Of a stretch of 64,000 nucleotides of DNA, positions 1 through 12,429 are shown piece by piece. Source of the stretch: Somniosus microcephalus (taxonomy: Eukaryota); contig CM126203.1 in the NCBI GenBank assembly GCA_052327205.1, positions 42,842,001 through 42,906,000 of the forward strand, given 5' to 3'. The translations under genes and the position numbers were made by a program. The notes below the pieces were generated by a model. The model did not search any database. It worked only from the letters and a program-made list of their open reading frames with translations, and was not told the origin of the DNA. The stretch's first letter is position 1. The number at the start of each line of letters is the position of its first letter.

Positions 1-194
1 GCTGGAGTTATCCACACATTAGATTGTCTCATTTTCTGAGCCAGGAAGGAATAGCAGGGGTGGTGGGATAACAAAGAAAAGTAGAAAAAACATTGTTTTC
101 AAAATGTATCCCAAAATAATTAGCTGTCAATAAATCAATTGAAATAGAATCCTCTTTTACTGTGATATTAATCTTGATTTTTTTTCTTTAATAG

Positions 195-331
195 GTTGTG
201 GTTTGCATTTGGAGCCTCCTATTATTTTCATGTGCTTCTTGCAGTTTTTGCAGCTGTGATTTATGTTGTGGGAACTGTACACATCGATAGGGCACGAAAC
301 AGGGACAATGCAACTATCCTGTCACAGATTT
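195..331 (+). CDS. Candidate internal exon of an unidentified host membrane-protein gene
   Basis: Pyrimidine tract + AG at 193-194 and GTAAGT donor at 332. Only one frame is open: LWFAFGASYYFHVLLAVFAAVIYVVGTVHIDRARNRDNATILSQI (hydrophobic helix). Non-repetitive AT-rich context. Confidence 0.5.
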
Positions 332-627
332 GTAAGTGTTTTATTGCATAACAGTGATACTTTCAGAATTTTACACAAAAATGACTTAAAACAATTCTGA
401 ATTTTTCTGAAACATGCAGAGGGAAAGACTCTAGCAATGAAGAGCAGCCATTAATAATTCAACCTATACTGAAACATTTAGCTCGTGAAAGTGCACATAG
501 TGCGTAATGAAATCAAGAATAACTCAGTGCAGCTGAATTAGAGTTTATTTCAAGTGTGTGAAAGATCACGGTCAATTAATTATCTGCCTTTTACAGCGAG
601 AGAAAGAAACTTCCGTATATATGATAT

Positions 628-895
628 TGTTGGAGTCGCTAGAAATCAACAGGCTCTGAGACTTTTGTTGCAGCAAAGGCAAAACGCGTGTTACTTTATT
701 CACTCTCCATGAGGACTGAGGATCTCAGCCTTGTTGCAGGGCTATGATGTCATCACGCTACCGACGCATGACGTCATCACGCTACCGACGCTCTTAAAGG
801 GACCCTGCCCTAATAACCCAACCAAGTACGTACATATAACCACATTGGCTATACATTGTGAATTGTGTTATTGTCCCTATGTGGTCTCCGCCACA
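628..895 (-). repeat. 3' LTR of Gypsy element 628-5012
   Basis: Near-identical to 4702-5012, which carries an extra ~43-bp internal duplication. Confidence 0.95.
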
Positions 896-3800
896 TACGA
901 ACCCCCAGAGTTCACTAGCAATGGCAATGTCAGTCGTTGGGAGGGCCGGATCACACGGTCAGAACGGCTCCTCAATTCCGGGGCAGGGACCGGGGGGTTC
1001 GTTGGAGGGACCTCGGGCGCTCGGTGGTGGACTGAGGGTGCAGAAACCGGAGGTCGGCCCCGCCTCGGTGGCTGTGCCAACTCAACGGGTCGGTCCAGAT
1101 CCAGGTGGGCCGGCTTAAGACGGTCCACGGAAATGCAGTCCGGCTTACCGCCGACATCCACTACAAAGGTCTTGTCCCTGGTTTCCAGGACGCGGAATGG
1201 TCCATCGTAGGATGGCTGAAGAGGTCCCCGGTGGGCATCATGGCGGACGAAAACGTACTCCGCCGCACGAAGGTCGAGTGGAACGTGGGACTGCGGGAGG
1301 CCGTGCTGCGACGTGGGCACCGGCGTGAAAACCTTGGCGTTGTCCAGAAGGTCGGACCGCTGACGGGTTGCGGACCAAGGTTCCGTTGCGTTGGGGACAA
1401 AATCCCCGGGAACCCGCAGCGGCTGTCCGTAGACGAGCTCGGCAGACGAGGACTGGAGGTCCTCCTTGGGGGCGGTCCTGAGTCCCAGCATGACCCACAG
1501 GAGTCTGTCGATCCAACTGTCATCCCGGTGGCTGGCCCGGAGCGCGGCCTTCATGGAGCGATGAAACCGTTCGCACAGTCCGTTAGCCTGAGGGTGGTAT
1601 GCTGTGGTGCGGTGGAGTCTCAACCTGAGGCCTCGGACGACAGCGTTCCAGAGCTCCGACGTGAACTGGGGCCCCTGGTCGGAGGAAATGTCAGATGGGG
1701 CGCCGAACCGGGCGACCCAAATACTGATGAACGCCCAAGCCACATCGGCGGGCGTCATTGAAGACAGCGGGATGGCTTCCGGCCATCGGGTGGTTCTGTC
1801 GACCATTGTGAGGAGGTGGGTGAACCCGCGGGAGGGCGGCAGGGGCCCCACCAGGTCCACGTTAACATGGTCGAACCGCCTCTCGGGCACCGCGAAAGGC
1901 GCCAACGGGGCCTTAGTATGGCGATGCACTTTCGAGCGTTGGCATACCACGCAGGTGCTGGCCCAGTCGCGAACGTGCTTCCTAAGCCCGTGCCAGACGA
2001 ACTTAGCTGCCACCAGCTTCTGTGACAGCTTCCTGCCCGGGTGGGAAAGATTATGGATGGCGTCGAAAACTTGCCATCTCCACCCGTCAGGAGTGTGGTG
2101 CCGGCATTGTCGAACGTGGCGTCGGCTAGTTGAAGGCCCATGACCACCGTCCTGCAGGCCTGGACGTCCGGGTCGGAGGCCTGGTCGGCTGCCATGCGGG
2201 TGTAGTCGATGCCGAGGTGTACGGCACTGGTGACGGCTCGGGAGAGACAGTCGGCGACGGGGTTGTCCTTCCCAGCCACATGCTGGATGTCCGTTGTAAA
2301 CTCTGAGATGAAGGCCAGCTGGCGTTGCTGACGGGCCGACCATGGCTCAGAAGCTTTGGCTATGGCGAAGGTCAATGGTATGTGGTCCACGAACGCTGTG
2401 AACGGGCGAGCCTCCAGTAGGAAACGAAAGTGTCGGACGGCGAGGTAGAGGCTGAGAAGCTCGCGATCGAAGGTGCTGTACTTCCGCTCGTTGGGGCGGA
2501 GCTGCCGGCTGAAGAAGGCGAGTGGCTGCTAGATGCCGTTGACCCACTGTTCATGGACGGCGCCGACCACATAGCCCGAGGCGCCGGTGGTGAGAGCGAT
2601 CGGTGCATCTGGTAACGGATGCGCCAGCATGGTCGCATTAGCCAGGGCCCTTGTCGTGTCCGTGAAAGAATTGGCCATCTCCTCGGACCAGTCGACGGCG
2701 AGCTTGTCGGGCTTGCCTTTGAGGGCCTCGTCAAGGGGCCGCATAAGCTGGGCTGCTCGGGGGACGAAGCGATGGTAAAAGTTCACCATGCCCAAAAACT
2801 CCTGCAGGGCCTTCACGGTGAGGGGTCGCAGGAAGTCCATCATGGCCTCCACTTTCGATGGCAGTGGCACCGCCCCGTCCTTCGTGATGCGGTGCCCGAG
2901 AAAGTTGATCGAGGACAGCCCGAACTGGCACTTGGCCGGGTTGACGATTAGGCCGTGCTGGCTGAGGCGTTGGAAGAGAGTCCGAAGGTGCGACACATGC
3001 TCCGTCTTGGAGGCGCTGGCGATGAGGATGTTGTCCAGGTATATGAACAGGAATGTCAGGTCCCGTAACACGGTGTCCATTAGGCGTTGAAAAGCCTGGG
3101 TGGCGTTTTTGAGGCCGAATGGCATGCAGAGGAATTCGAACAGCCCGAACGGGGTGATCACCGCGGTTTTCGGGACGTCCTGCGGCCGGACAGGGACCTG
3201 GTGGTAACCCCGGATGAGGTCCACTTTCGAGAATACCACTTTCCTGGCCAGGCGGGCGGAAAAGTCCTGGATGTGTGGAATCGGGTAGTGGTCGGGGGTC
3301 GTAGCATCATTGAGGCGCCGGTAATCGTCGCACAGGCGCCACCCGCCACCTGGTTTCGGAGCGATGTGGAGGGGCGAGGCCCACGGACGGTTCGACCGGC
3401 GGATGATGCCGAGGTGCTCCATGGTGTCGAACTCGGCTTTAGCGATGGAGAGTTTCCCCGGGTCGAGGCGCCGAGCACGGGCGTAGACGGGTGGACCGGT
3501 GGTCGAGATGTGGTGTTCTACCCCGTGTTCGGTGGCGGCGGACGAGAACATGGGTTTCGTGAGGTCCGCGAACTTGGCGAGGAGGCGGGAAAACTCGTCT
3601 GAGGCCGAGAGTGCGCTGGACAACTTCGTCGTGCTGGACCCGCTAAGGGAACACGGGAGCGAGCTGAAAGTCTCAGCGTTGATGAGACGTCGGTTCTTGA
3701 CGTCCACCAAAAGGCCATTGTCGCAGAGGAAGTCAGCGCCGAGAAGGTGGGGTGGACACTTTTGCTGTGACAAAGTCCCAGGTGAACCGCTGCCCGCCAA

Positions 3801-4002
3801 AATAAAGCGCCATGCTCCGTTTGGCGAAGGTGCGGATGGAACTGCCGTTGGCAGCTTCGAGGACGGGGCCGTGGTTCCCCCCTTGCATGTCTATGGTTGA
3901 CGCGGGCAGGACGCTCACCTGGGCACCCGTGTCGCAAAGAAAACGACGTCCGGAGTCGGTGTCCGTAATAAATAACAAACTGCCTGAACGGCCGACAGCC
4001 AT
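877..4002 (-). pseudogene. pol: Gypsy pol (protease, RT, RNase H, integrase), frameshifted
   Basis: Protease FLCDTGAQVS (3733-4002). RT DYRRLN, MPFGLKNA, IYLDNIL (2529-3800). RNase H fragments. Integrase HVNVDLVGPLP, SDQGPQF, GLCERFHR and GPF module (877-2343). Domains are split across frames. Confidence 0.92.
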
Positions 4003-4245
4003 AGCAGCCGACGAGTGGTCTTTCGTTTGTTTCGACGCGGGAAAACTGCACGGGGGCCGGCACTTCCTGGCTTTGGGGCCGAACTGCGCGTGGTAGAAGC
4101 AGAGGCTTGGGGGCTGCCGCCGTTGGGCTGTATCGGTGGGGGCAGGGCTCCACGTGGCCGTGCAGTACTGTTGCCCGGCAGAGAAAAATTTGACGGCCTC
4201 CTTGGCCAGGTCACGGAAATCGGTAATGGAAGAGTTGGCTAAAGC

Positions 4246-4653
4246 CTACTGTACCTGACCTGGCAGCTGTTGAAGGAACAGTTCCTTGAAGAGGAAGCAC
4301 AGCCTGTGTGTGCCCAGGAGGGCCAGCATGTGGTCCATCAGCTCCGAGGGCTTGGAGTCGCCAAGCCCGGGTAGAGAGAGAAGCCGGCGTGCGCGCTCGG
4401 CTTCAGTGAGTCCAAAAGTTTCTAAGAGATGCGTTTTCAGCGTTTTGAATTTGTTGAGCTCCGGGGGGGTTCTGAGCAGGCTCATGACTCTGGCCGCGGT
4501 GGAGCTGATGAGAGCAGAGACGACGTAGTAGTACCTCGTGTCATCCGTGGTGATGCCCCGGAGTGCAAATTGAGCCTCGGCCTGGGCGAACCAAGCGACA
4601 GCCTGTCGTTCCCAAAACTCGGGTAATTTGATGGAAACACCGTTCGTCGCCAT
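4246..4653 (-). pseudogene. gag: Gypsy gag N-terminal part with premature stop
   Basis: MATNGVSIKLPEFWERQAVAWFAQAEAQF, starting ~47 nt after the PBS. TAG at 4246; gag-like sequence continues toward the protease. Confidence 0.85.
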
Positions 4654-4701
4654 TTCAGATGCGGTCTTTGGAATCGTCCAAAAGAGCAGCGGGGTCACCA
4701 A

Positions 4702-5012
4702 TGTTGGAGTTGCTAGAAATCAACAGGCTCTGAGACTTTTGTTGCAGCAAAGGCAAAACGCGTGTTACTTTATTCACTCTCCATGAGGACTGAGGTTCTC
4801 AGCCTCGTTGCAGGGCTATGACGTCATCGCGCTACCGACGCATGACGTCATCACGCTACCGACGCTCTTAAAGGGACCCTGCCCCGATAACCCAACCAAG
4901 TACGTACATATAACAACATTGGCTATACATAGTGAATTGTGTTTAGGTACATATAACCACATTGGCTATACATTGTGAATTGTGTTATTGTCCCTATGTG
5001 GTCTCCGCCACA
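4702..5012 (-). repeat. 5' LTR of Gypsy element 628-5012
   Basis: Adjacent to the PBS (4690-4700). Contains two TGACGTCA palindromes. Confidence 0.95.
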
Positions 5013-5424
5013 ATATAATAAGGAGTTATTCTTTTCAGTATATGTGTATTATAAATGTGTCTGAGGCATAAGGGTAACTTTCAACTTCGGCAGGGGCAGA
5101 AAACTGGAGGTATCCGATCGGTCGCCTGTTATACACCCCGCCTGATTTTCCTTTTCATTGGGTGGGTGCATTGTGGTGCAGTAGCAGTGCAACTCTGTAT
5201 ATGCTTCACTCCCCAGGTATCCAGTTTTAATATTAAAGTGAACATACAAGTTTCCACCACCTTGTAATATTAAAAAGGTTTCCAACAAAATTTTTAAACT
5301 TCCCTGGTGCAATTTCAAACCTCACCTTTGCACTAGCCTGGAATTATACTGCAGCTGTTGCAAATCCAAAGCACAATGAGATGGCCTCTTGGCAAGAATA
5401 TCACTTGTGTTCGGTGCGCAATCG

Positions 5425-6240
5425 CTCTGCAGCCTTTGACACGGGTGACTACATCATCCTCCTCCAATGCCTCTCCACTGTCATCCAGCTGAGTGAGACT
5501 ACCCTCACCTGGTTCTACATTTACCTATCCAGTCGTAGTCAGAGAATTTCCTGCCATGTCTTCACTTCCCGCCCCTGCACCATTACCTTTGGAGTTCCCC
5601 AAGGATCTGTCCTTGACCCCCTTCCTATTTAGCTATGTGCTACCCCTTGGTGACATCAACCAAAGACATGACATCAGGTTCCGCATGTACGCTGCGACAC
5701 TGGCTCTACCTCACCACAATCTCTATCGACCCCTCCACAGTCTCTGCGTTGTCAGACTGCTTGTCCGACCTTTAGTCCTGGATGAGCTGCAATTTCCTCC
5801 AATTAAACATTGAGAAGACCAAAGCCATTGTCTTCCGCCCCTGCCACAGACTCACTTCCCTCACCACCAATTCTATCCTCTTTCCTGGTCACTGTCTCAG
5901 ACGGAAACAGATTTTTTGCATCTTATTTGACCCCAAGCTGAGCTTCTGACTCCATGTCCTCTCCATCACAAAGACCGCCTACTTCCACCTTCGCAGCATC
6001 ACTGGTCTCCGCCTTTGCCTCAGCTTATCTGCTGCTGAAACCCTCATCCATGCCTTTGTTAACTCCAGACTCAACTATTCCAAAATACTTCTGGCCAGCC
6101 TCCCATCTTCGACCCTCCATAAACTTGAGCTCATAAAAAAAACTCTGCTGCCCATATTCTAAAACGCATCAAGCCCCACTCATCCATCACCCCTGTGTTC
6201 GCTGAACTACATTGGCTTCCGGTCCACCAACGCCTCAATT
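5425..6240 (+). mobile_element. L2/CR1-group LINE RT fragment, decayed
   Basis: SAAFDT...LTWF..YLSSRSQ...FGVPQGSVLDP motifs in ORF 5381-5632; downstream frames are broken. Confidence 0.8.
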
Positions 6241-6354
6241 GTAAGCTGTTGAGAGTGACAAATAGAGCGGAGTTATTTTGGGTATTCCCATTCTTCCACC
6301 ATCTCAGCTTCTGCTCTTGTTTGCAATGAGATTTAATTACCAAGAGATTTCTAG

Positions 6355-6770
6355 AACTTGTATTTATATAGCGCCTTTCACGACTTCAGGATGTCCCAAA
6401 ATGCTTTACAGCCAACAAAGTACTTTTGAAGTGTAGTCACTGTTGTACTGTAGGAAAGGCAGCAGCCAAAATTGCCCACAGCAATGAATAAATGATAAGA
6501 TCATAATTTTTTAGGTGTTGGTTGAGGGATAAATATTGGCCAGGACACTGGGTAAACTCCCTTGCTCTTCTTCAAATCGTCCCATCCGTTCTTTTATAGA
6601 GAGGGCAGACAGGGCCTCGATTTAATGGCACCTCTGACGAGTGCAGTATTGAGGGAATGCTGCACTAAGTGCCAGTCTAGATTATGGGCTCAAGTCTCTG
6701 GAGTGAAGCTTGAACCTACAACCTTCTGACTCAGAAGACAAGAGTGCTATCATTGAGCCAAGGCTGACAC
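6355..6770 (-). mobile_element. tRNA-derived SINE (DeuSINE/SacSINE1-like)
   Basis: Minus strand starts GTGTCAGCCTTGGCTCA (A box), with GGTTCAAGC B box and an L2-like tail AAAGGCGCTATATAAA. Second copy at 41772-42230. Confidence 0.8.
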
Positions 6771-7261
6771 TATAGAACATGCAAGAGAAAATAAAGATGG
6801 AAATTGATTTCTTCGCCTGCAAAATGTTCCTTTTCAACATTATTATATTAAAACTGTGAACTGTTTAATAAAAATTAGACTTCCGTTTATAGTCCCAGTG
6901 ATGCAGCACACTGGTGCAGTAATGTGCAACACTACAAAATTATCTTTGGTGTTCCTGATCTCAGCTGGAGCATTTATTGGAATTGGCAACGGGAGTAAGG
7001 TGTTACCCCATAGGGAAGGAAGAAAAATAGTTGGAGGAGACAAACTAGTCCTTTCTCACATAGTTCCTATTCGTTGGTTGCAGAAGAAGATTATCAGAGA
7101 CCCAGAAACAGGCTCTCTCAAACAGGGACTAGTGAATTGAATGAGAGTGTTTGTGCAGTGGGAGAGGAGGAATAGTGAACCTACCAAAATGAAGACAAAG
7201 ATGGCGAATAAACCTAAATGATTGTTGGTGCGCTAATGTAATTCAGATTCTCTGGAACAAT

Positions 7262-8968
7262 GGCCCAGATTTTGCATAGATAATAACGGTGAGGCTAACA
7301 GCGCTCACTGTTATAACAAAGTAAATCGGACAGCAACTTCTGACATCCACACATGTGCAGTAAAACACGGAAATCCGTAACTTGCTGTCAGAGATACCCT
7401 GCTCCTCCATAGGGTGCGCTATAACAATCCTCGCCAATAGACTCGGCACTGAAATCAATGCAATGATGTGAAGTTAGGGTGCTTGCCCACTAGTTCCCCA
7501 CTAAAGATGCCAGGAAGCATTAGGACTGGTACATTCAGGAGTAAGTAAATTTTTAACGGCGTGTTAAGATACAATTACTGCCAAACAATCTCTCTGGTCC
7601 TGAAAATTTAACTTTACAAGTATGGAGTCTCATTCCTTCAGAAGTTAATAATGTTGGAGATTTTTTTTAAAAATTAAATTTAAATTAATTTTTTTCTGTC
7701 TCTCTTTTATCGCTCTTTCTTAATCCCATATGTCTTTCCCAGTCTTTACTTTGCTTTCTGTACATGTATAATGTAGGGGGTATGATTAAGAAGTTTGCAG
7801 ATGATACAAAAATTGGCCGTGTGGTTGATAGTGAGGAAGAAAGCTGTAGACTGCAGGAAGATATCAATGGACTGGTCAGGTGGGCAGAAAGGTGGCAAAT
7901 GGAATTCAATCTGGAGAAGTGTGAAGTAATGCATTTGGGAAGGGCTAACAAGGCAAGGGAATACACAATAAATGGTAGGATACTGAGAATTGTAGAGGAA
8001 CAGAGAGACCTTGGAATGAATGTCAACAGATCCCTGAAAGTAGCAGGACAGGTAGAAGGTGTTTAAGAAGGCATATGGGATACTTTCCTTTATTAGCCAA
8101 GGCATAGAATATAAGAGCATGCTTGAACTGCATAAAACACTAGTTAGGCCACAGCTAGAGTACTGCGTACAGTTCTGGTCAGCACATTACAGGAAAGATG
8201 CGATTGCCCTAGAGAGAATACAGAAGAGAGTTACAAGGATGTTGCCAGGACTAGAGAATTTTAGCTATGAGGAAAGATTGGATAGGTTGGAGTTGTTTTC
8301 TTTGGAACAGTGGAGGCTGAGGGGAGATTTAATTGAGGTGTATAAAATTATGAGGGGCCTAGATAGAGTGGATAGGAAGGACCTATTTCTCTTAGCAAAG
8401 AGGTCAATAACCAGGAGGCATAGATTTAAAGTAATTGGTAGAAGGATTAGAGGTGAGTTGAGGAGAACTTTTTTCACCCAAAGGGTGGTGGGTGTCTGGA
8501 ACTCACTGCTTGAAAGGGTGGTAGAGGAAGAAACTCTCATCACATTTAAAAAGTACTTGGATATGCACTTGAAGTGCCGTAACCTACAAAGCTACGGACC
8601 AAGAGCTGGAAAGTGGGATTAGGCTGGATAGCTCTTTTTCGGCCGGCACAGACACGATGAGCCGAATGGCCTCCTTCTGTACTGTAAATTTCTATGATTT
8701 TATGATTTAAATCTAATTTATACTTCCTGATTTAGACTCTGTGTGGCTCAGTGAGGATTCTTCAATCTGATTGGTTGAAGAGACTGCTCACAAACACCTC
8801 AGATCCCCTGTGATTGGTTGAAGAGACTGCTCACAGACACCTCAGATCCCCTGCAAAGGGCACTGTGCTGGATCAGACACCAGATTAGAGCAGGTCTCCA
8901 CTCAAAAGCCTGAGAAAACCTTGTGGGCAGCTTGTCGTTCCTTCGCCGCTGACCACATAATCTGGGCC
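7262..8968. mobile_element. Non-autonomous Harbinger-like TIR element interrupted by a CR1 fragment
   Basis: TIR GGCCCAGATT...AATCTGGGCC. Internal sequence is shared in reverse orientation with 36063-36740 and 39087-39752. Confidence 0.7.
7770..8708 (+). mobile_element. 5'-truncated CR1 LINE (RT C-terminal part + 3' tail)
   Basis: KFADDTK, WQMEFN..KCEVMH, VRPQLEYCVQFW motifs. 3' UTR ends in (TTCTATGA)n-like tail. Confidence 0.92.
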
Positions 8969-9980
8969 ATTCTCTCTGGATAACATTCAATGTAAGAGGA
9001 GACCCAGGATTGTAATTATTACAGTATGCTTGGTCACATCAGGTGGCCCTCTAGTGTTCAATTACCAATCTGCAAGTACAATATTATATATATATATATA
9101 TCAGATTTAATATTTCTATGATAAATTGAAGATGACATCATGCAAAATTAGCCACACAACTGCACAGAAACTGCTGTTTAAAGAGTGTTCTGGTAGGTGA
9201 TACAATTTTGACCTGTTGGACTGTTGGCGTGAAGGCTTGGCAACTGCTGGAAAAGTCTGTGTTTTTTTTCTTATTAGAGCAATCCCAGAGGAACCAAAGA
9301 ATTTGCTTTCAGTATAATCTTTCTAATCTAAGGTTTCACTTCATCCTGCTGCCTCTGAAACGTGTGGGTGAGAGGAAGACTATGACACAAGAGCAGTAAG
9401 TTCCAATATGAAATAGTAGTGAATAGATGATCTTAAAGCCATCACTTAATATTAATGTCCACAGCTTATTCAGCAAGTAAGCTTTTAATTACTGGGTGCT
9501 TGCTGTTATTTAATTACTGGGTGTTTGCTGTTATTTTAATTGTTACACGGCATGCATTATAAATGCTCATGATTTTGTATTTTGAAAATTTTAACAATGT
9601 CACAGACTCAAATTTATTGAGGTCATTGTTTGGTGCAAATAATTAAGTTTGCTTTTTGACCTTTTACGCACCAAAGGTAAGCTGAGCCCTTAGACTGGAA
9701 ACTGCAGGACTGGTGTATAAATGGTCAGCGTAGTTGTCTGAAATTCCTCTCTCTATTTTTGTAGAGGCATTAGTCAATTTAAAAATAAGTATGTTACGTC
9801 CTCTATAATTAAGTTGAGAGGAATTTCAGATGAACATGATAAGTTTCGACATGCTTTATCCCATACTGTTAATCAAGGTCAATTTTTACTATGGCCTTTT
9901 ATCAAGGCCCTTTGTGTTTTGAATGATCAGATTGTTGTGTTTATGAAGATTGCCACTGCGAGTGATTTTAAGAAATCATG

Positions 9981-10721
9981 GGCCGGATATTCCGATCCCT
10001 ACGGGTGGGTACGCGCTGAGTACCCACCCATAGGGACATCGGAAATGCCGGTTTTAGGCATGCACTGTGCATGCGCTGGAAACCAGCATTTCCGATCTGT
10101 CAAGAAAGTTCTTGACAGATCCTCCGGCTGCGCTGGAGCAGGGGCTCTGCGGGCGGAGAGTTCCGCTTTTTGGAGACCCTCCACCCACAGAAAACTCTTA
10201 CAATTCTTGCTTTTACCAGGCGTAAGGCCTGCTTTTACCAGGATAAGAGTTGAAAAAAAGTTTGAAAAAAAATAATTTTTCCACTGATTTATCATTTAAA
10301 AATACTTTAAAAAAAGGTAAGTTTATTTTTAGCCCCGTAAAAAACTTTAATTATTTGTTTTGTTTAAAATAGTTAATTTATCGTACTTTCAAGTCATTTT
10401 AAAAATGTGATTTTTTTCCAAATTTATTTAATGCTTTACTATGTTTTGGGGGTGATCTCCATTCATATATTTGACAGGTCTTCTTGTCAAAATGTATGAA
10501 GGGAGATTCCCTTCCGTGATTGGTTCCCCATGGCCCACGTAATCCCAGGGACGCTGCAAGCTACCTGCGCCTCTGGGATACGTGGGCCCTGCGCACCGGC
10601 AGTTTGGAGAGGCCCAGCATCGGAACTGTGCGTCTCCCGGGAGCCCTCAGGTAAGGGTGCAGATTTTTCCAGATCGCAGCCCTCCGCCCGCGGGAGGCTT
10701 GCGATCGGAATATCTGGGCCC
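9981..10721. mobile_element. Harbinger-type MITE
   Basis: TIR core GATATTCCGATC / GATCGGAATATC; 3-bp TSD ATG; GC-rich ends, AT-rich core. Confidence 0.8.
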
Positions 10722-11079
10722 ATGTAATTTGTCAGTAACAAAGGAGATGGTATTGGTTAATCGATTTTGGAAATGGAGGATGCAAATGATCATTGGAGCG
10801 ATTGACAAAAGCAATGTAATTTCATACACTGGATATGTAGCAACGTAACTGGAGGCAGTATAGAACCCGGATAGGGAGAATGTTGTTTTGTCAGTCCTTC
10901 TCCTCTTGACCCCCCACCTCAATATATTACATGAAGTGGTGCTCATACAAGATGATTTCACAACAGTTCTCAGCCAATAAGAAACATTCTTTACATTTGC
11001 ATAGCATCAAAAAAGACCAAAATCAACCGAGAAATCAGCTTTCTGTGCCACCTTTATTCCAGCCAGACCGCCAAGTTAC

Positions 11080-11450
11080 AGGCTGGCTACTGGGCCACAA
11101 GGCTATGCCCTCCAAACATGGTTCATGACTCCGGTCAGGAACCTGGGCACAGCTGCAGAGCTAGTCTACAATGAGAGCCATGCCACCACAAGGAACGTGA
11201 TCGAGCAATCAATGGCCGTGCTCAAGCAATGCTTCTGTTGTCTGGACCGTTTGGGACTACACCCGAGCGGGCATCCAGATTTGTGGCCAGCTGCTGTGTG
11301 CATCATATATTCCATCATGAACGACCAGCTCTTATCACTGCCTGGGCAACAAGAAGTGCAGCAGGAGGAGGAGCAGGAGCGGCATCGACCACCAGTGCCC
11401 CTAGCTGCCAGAGCTCTCGTGACCAGCTCATCAAAGAGCGCTTCACATGA
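11080..11450 (+). pseudogene. Harbinger transposase C-terminal remnant
   Basis: GWLLGHKGY, MTPVRN...YNESHATTRNVIEQ...LKQCFCCLDR align with the intact transposase at 51341-52522. Confidence 0.85.
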
Positions 11451-11859
11451 ACCATTCATCCTTTCACCAATACAACAAGTCCCACAATCCTTACCTCAGC
11501 CCTTACTATCACCATCCGATGGCCTTCCTTCTGTCCAGACTTATGGGTCTTGACCTTGTAGTGTATGTACTTTGAAGAAGGAACTATATTCTGCAGCCCC
11601 TGTGTACTGCAGTACCAGTAGTGACCACCCCTGTATATAAGCCTGTGTAGTAACTTTGTATAGTAGTTCCAGTTTTGTCTCCATTCAGTAAACACCTGTT
11701 ATAACCAACTCCTGCAGTCCGTGTCTCAATTACACATGGACGTTACAGACCTCACTTCACTACAAAGACCAACACCAAATCCAGAACAAAAAATAAATTT
11801 ATCAAACAGCTCAATTCCATCTCTAGCTGTTAACAGAAATAATTATGAATCATCCTTGA

Positions 11860-12128
11860 ACCTAGAAGGACAAGAGCAGCAGGCGCAAGGGAACACCACC
11901 ACCTCCAAGTTCCCCGCCAAGTCACACACCATCCTGACTTGGAAGTATATCACCGTTCCTTCATCGTCACCGGGTCAAAATTCTGGAACTCCCTCCCTAA
12001 CAGCACTGTGGGAGTTCCTTCACCACATGGACTGCAGCGGTTCAAGAAGGCGGCTCACCACCACCTTCTCAAGGGCAACAAATGCTGGCCTTGCCAGTGA
12101 CGCCCACATCCCATAAACGAATAAAAAA
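11860..12128 (+). mobile_element. 3' end of a CR1-superfamily LINE
   Basis: Nearly identical to 59930-60205; ends CCCACATCCCATAAACGAATAAAAAA. Confidence 0.75.
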
Positions 12129-12257
12129 GAAAATCAAATTGAGACAAATGTACAAGAGCAATATAAAGTTATGGGACAACATTAAAGCAATGCAATAAAA
12201 ACAGAAAATGCTGGAGATACTCAGCAGGCCAGGCAGCATCTGTGAAGAGAGAAAAAG

Positions 12258-12294
12258 AGTTAACGTTTCAGGTCGATGACCTTTCGTCAGAACT
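12258..12294 (-). ncRNA. Minimal hammerhead ribozyme (copy 1)
   Basis: Reverse complement of 12393-12429. Confidence 0.7.
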
Positions 12295-12392
12295 GGAAAA
12301 AAGCAGGAAATGGAACAGATTTTTAAGCAAGTGTAGGGGCTGGGAAAGGGGGGAGGGGATGAAAGAACAAAAGGGAAGGTCTGCTTTTTTCC

Positions 12393-12429
12393 AGTTCTGA
12401 CGAAAGGTCATCGACCTGAAACGTTAACT
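12393..12429 (+). ncRNA. Minimal hammerhead ribozyme (copy 2)
   Basis: AGTT-CTGACGA-A-AGGTC-ATC-GACCT-GAAA-CGTT-AACT: conserved CUGANGA/GAAA core, 5-bp stem II, stem I AGTT/AACT, palindromic stem III. Confidence 0.75.

Larger units (their letters stand above)
628..5012 (-). mobile_element. Full-length Ty3/Gypsy LTR retrotransposon (CsRN1-like, tRNA-Trp primed), decayed
   Basis: TG...CA LTRs at 628-895 and 4702-5012. 4-bp TSD ATAT (624-627, 5013-5016). PBS TGGTGACCCCG next to the right LTR; G-rich PPT next to the left LTR. gag-PR-RT-RH-IN order on the minus strand. Confidence 0.95.

Noticed and set aside
195-331. Resemblance to a SID-1/SIDT transmembrane segment (WF..HVL..IY..G...ID)
   Set aside because: Only a few residues recalled from memory; too weak to assign without a search.
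731-4626. Many plus-strand ORFs
   Set aside because: Antisense shadows of GC-rich Gypsy gag-pol.
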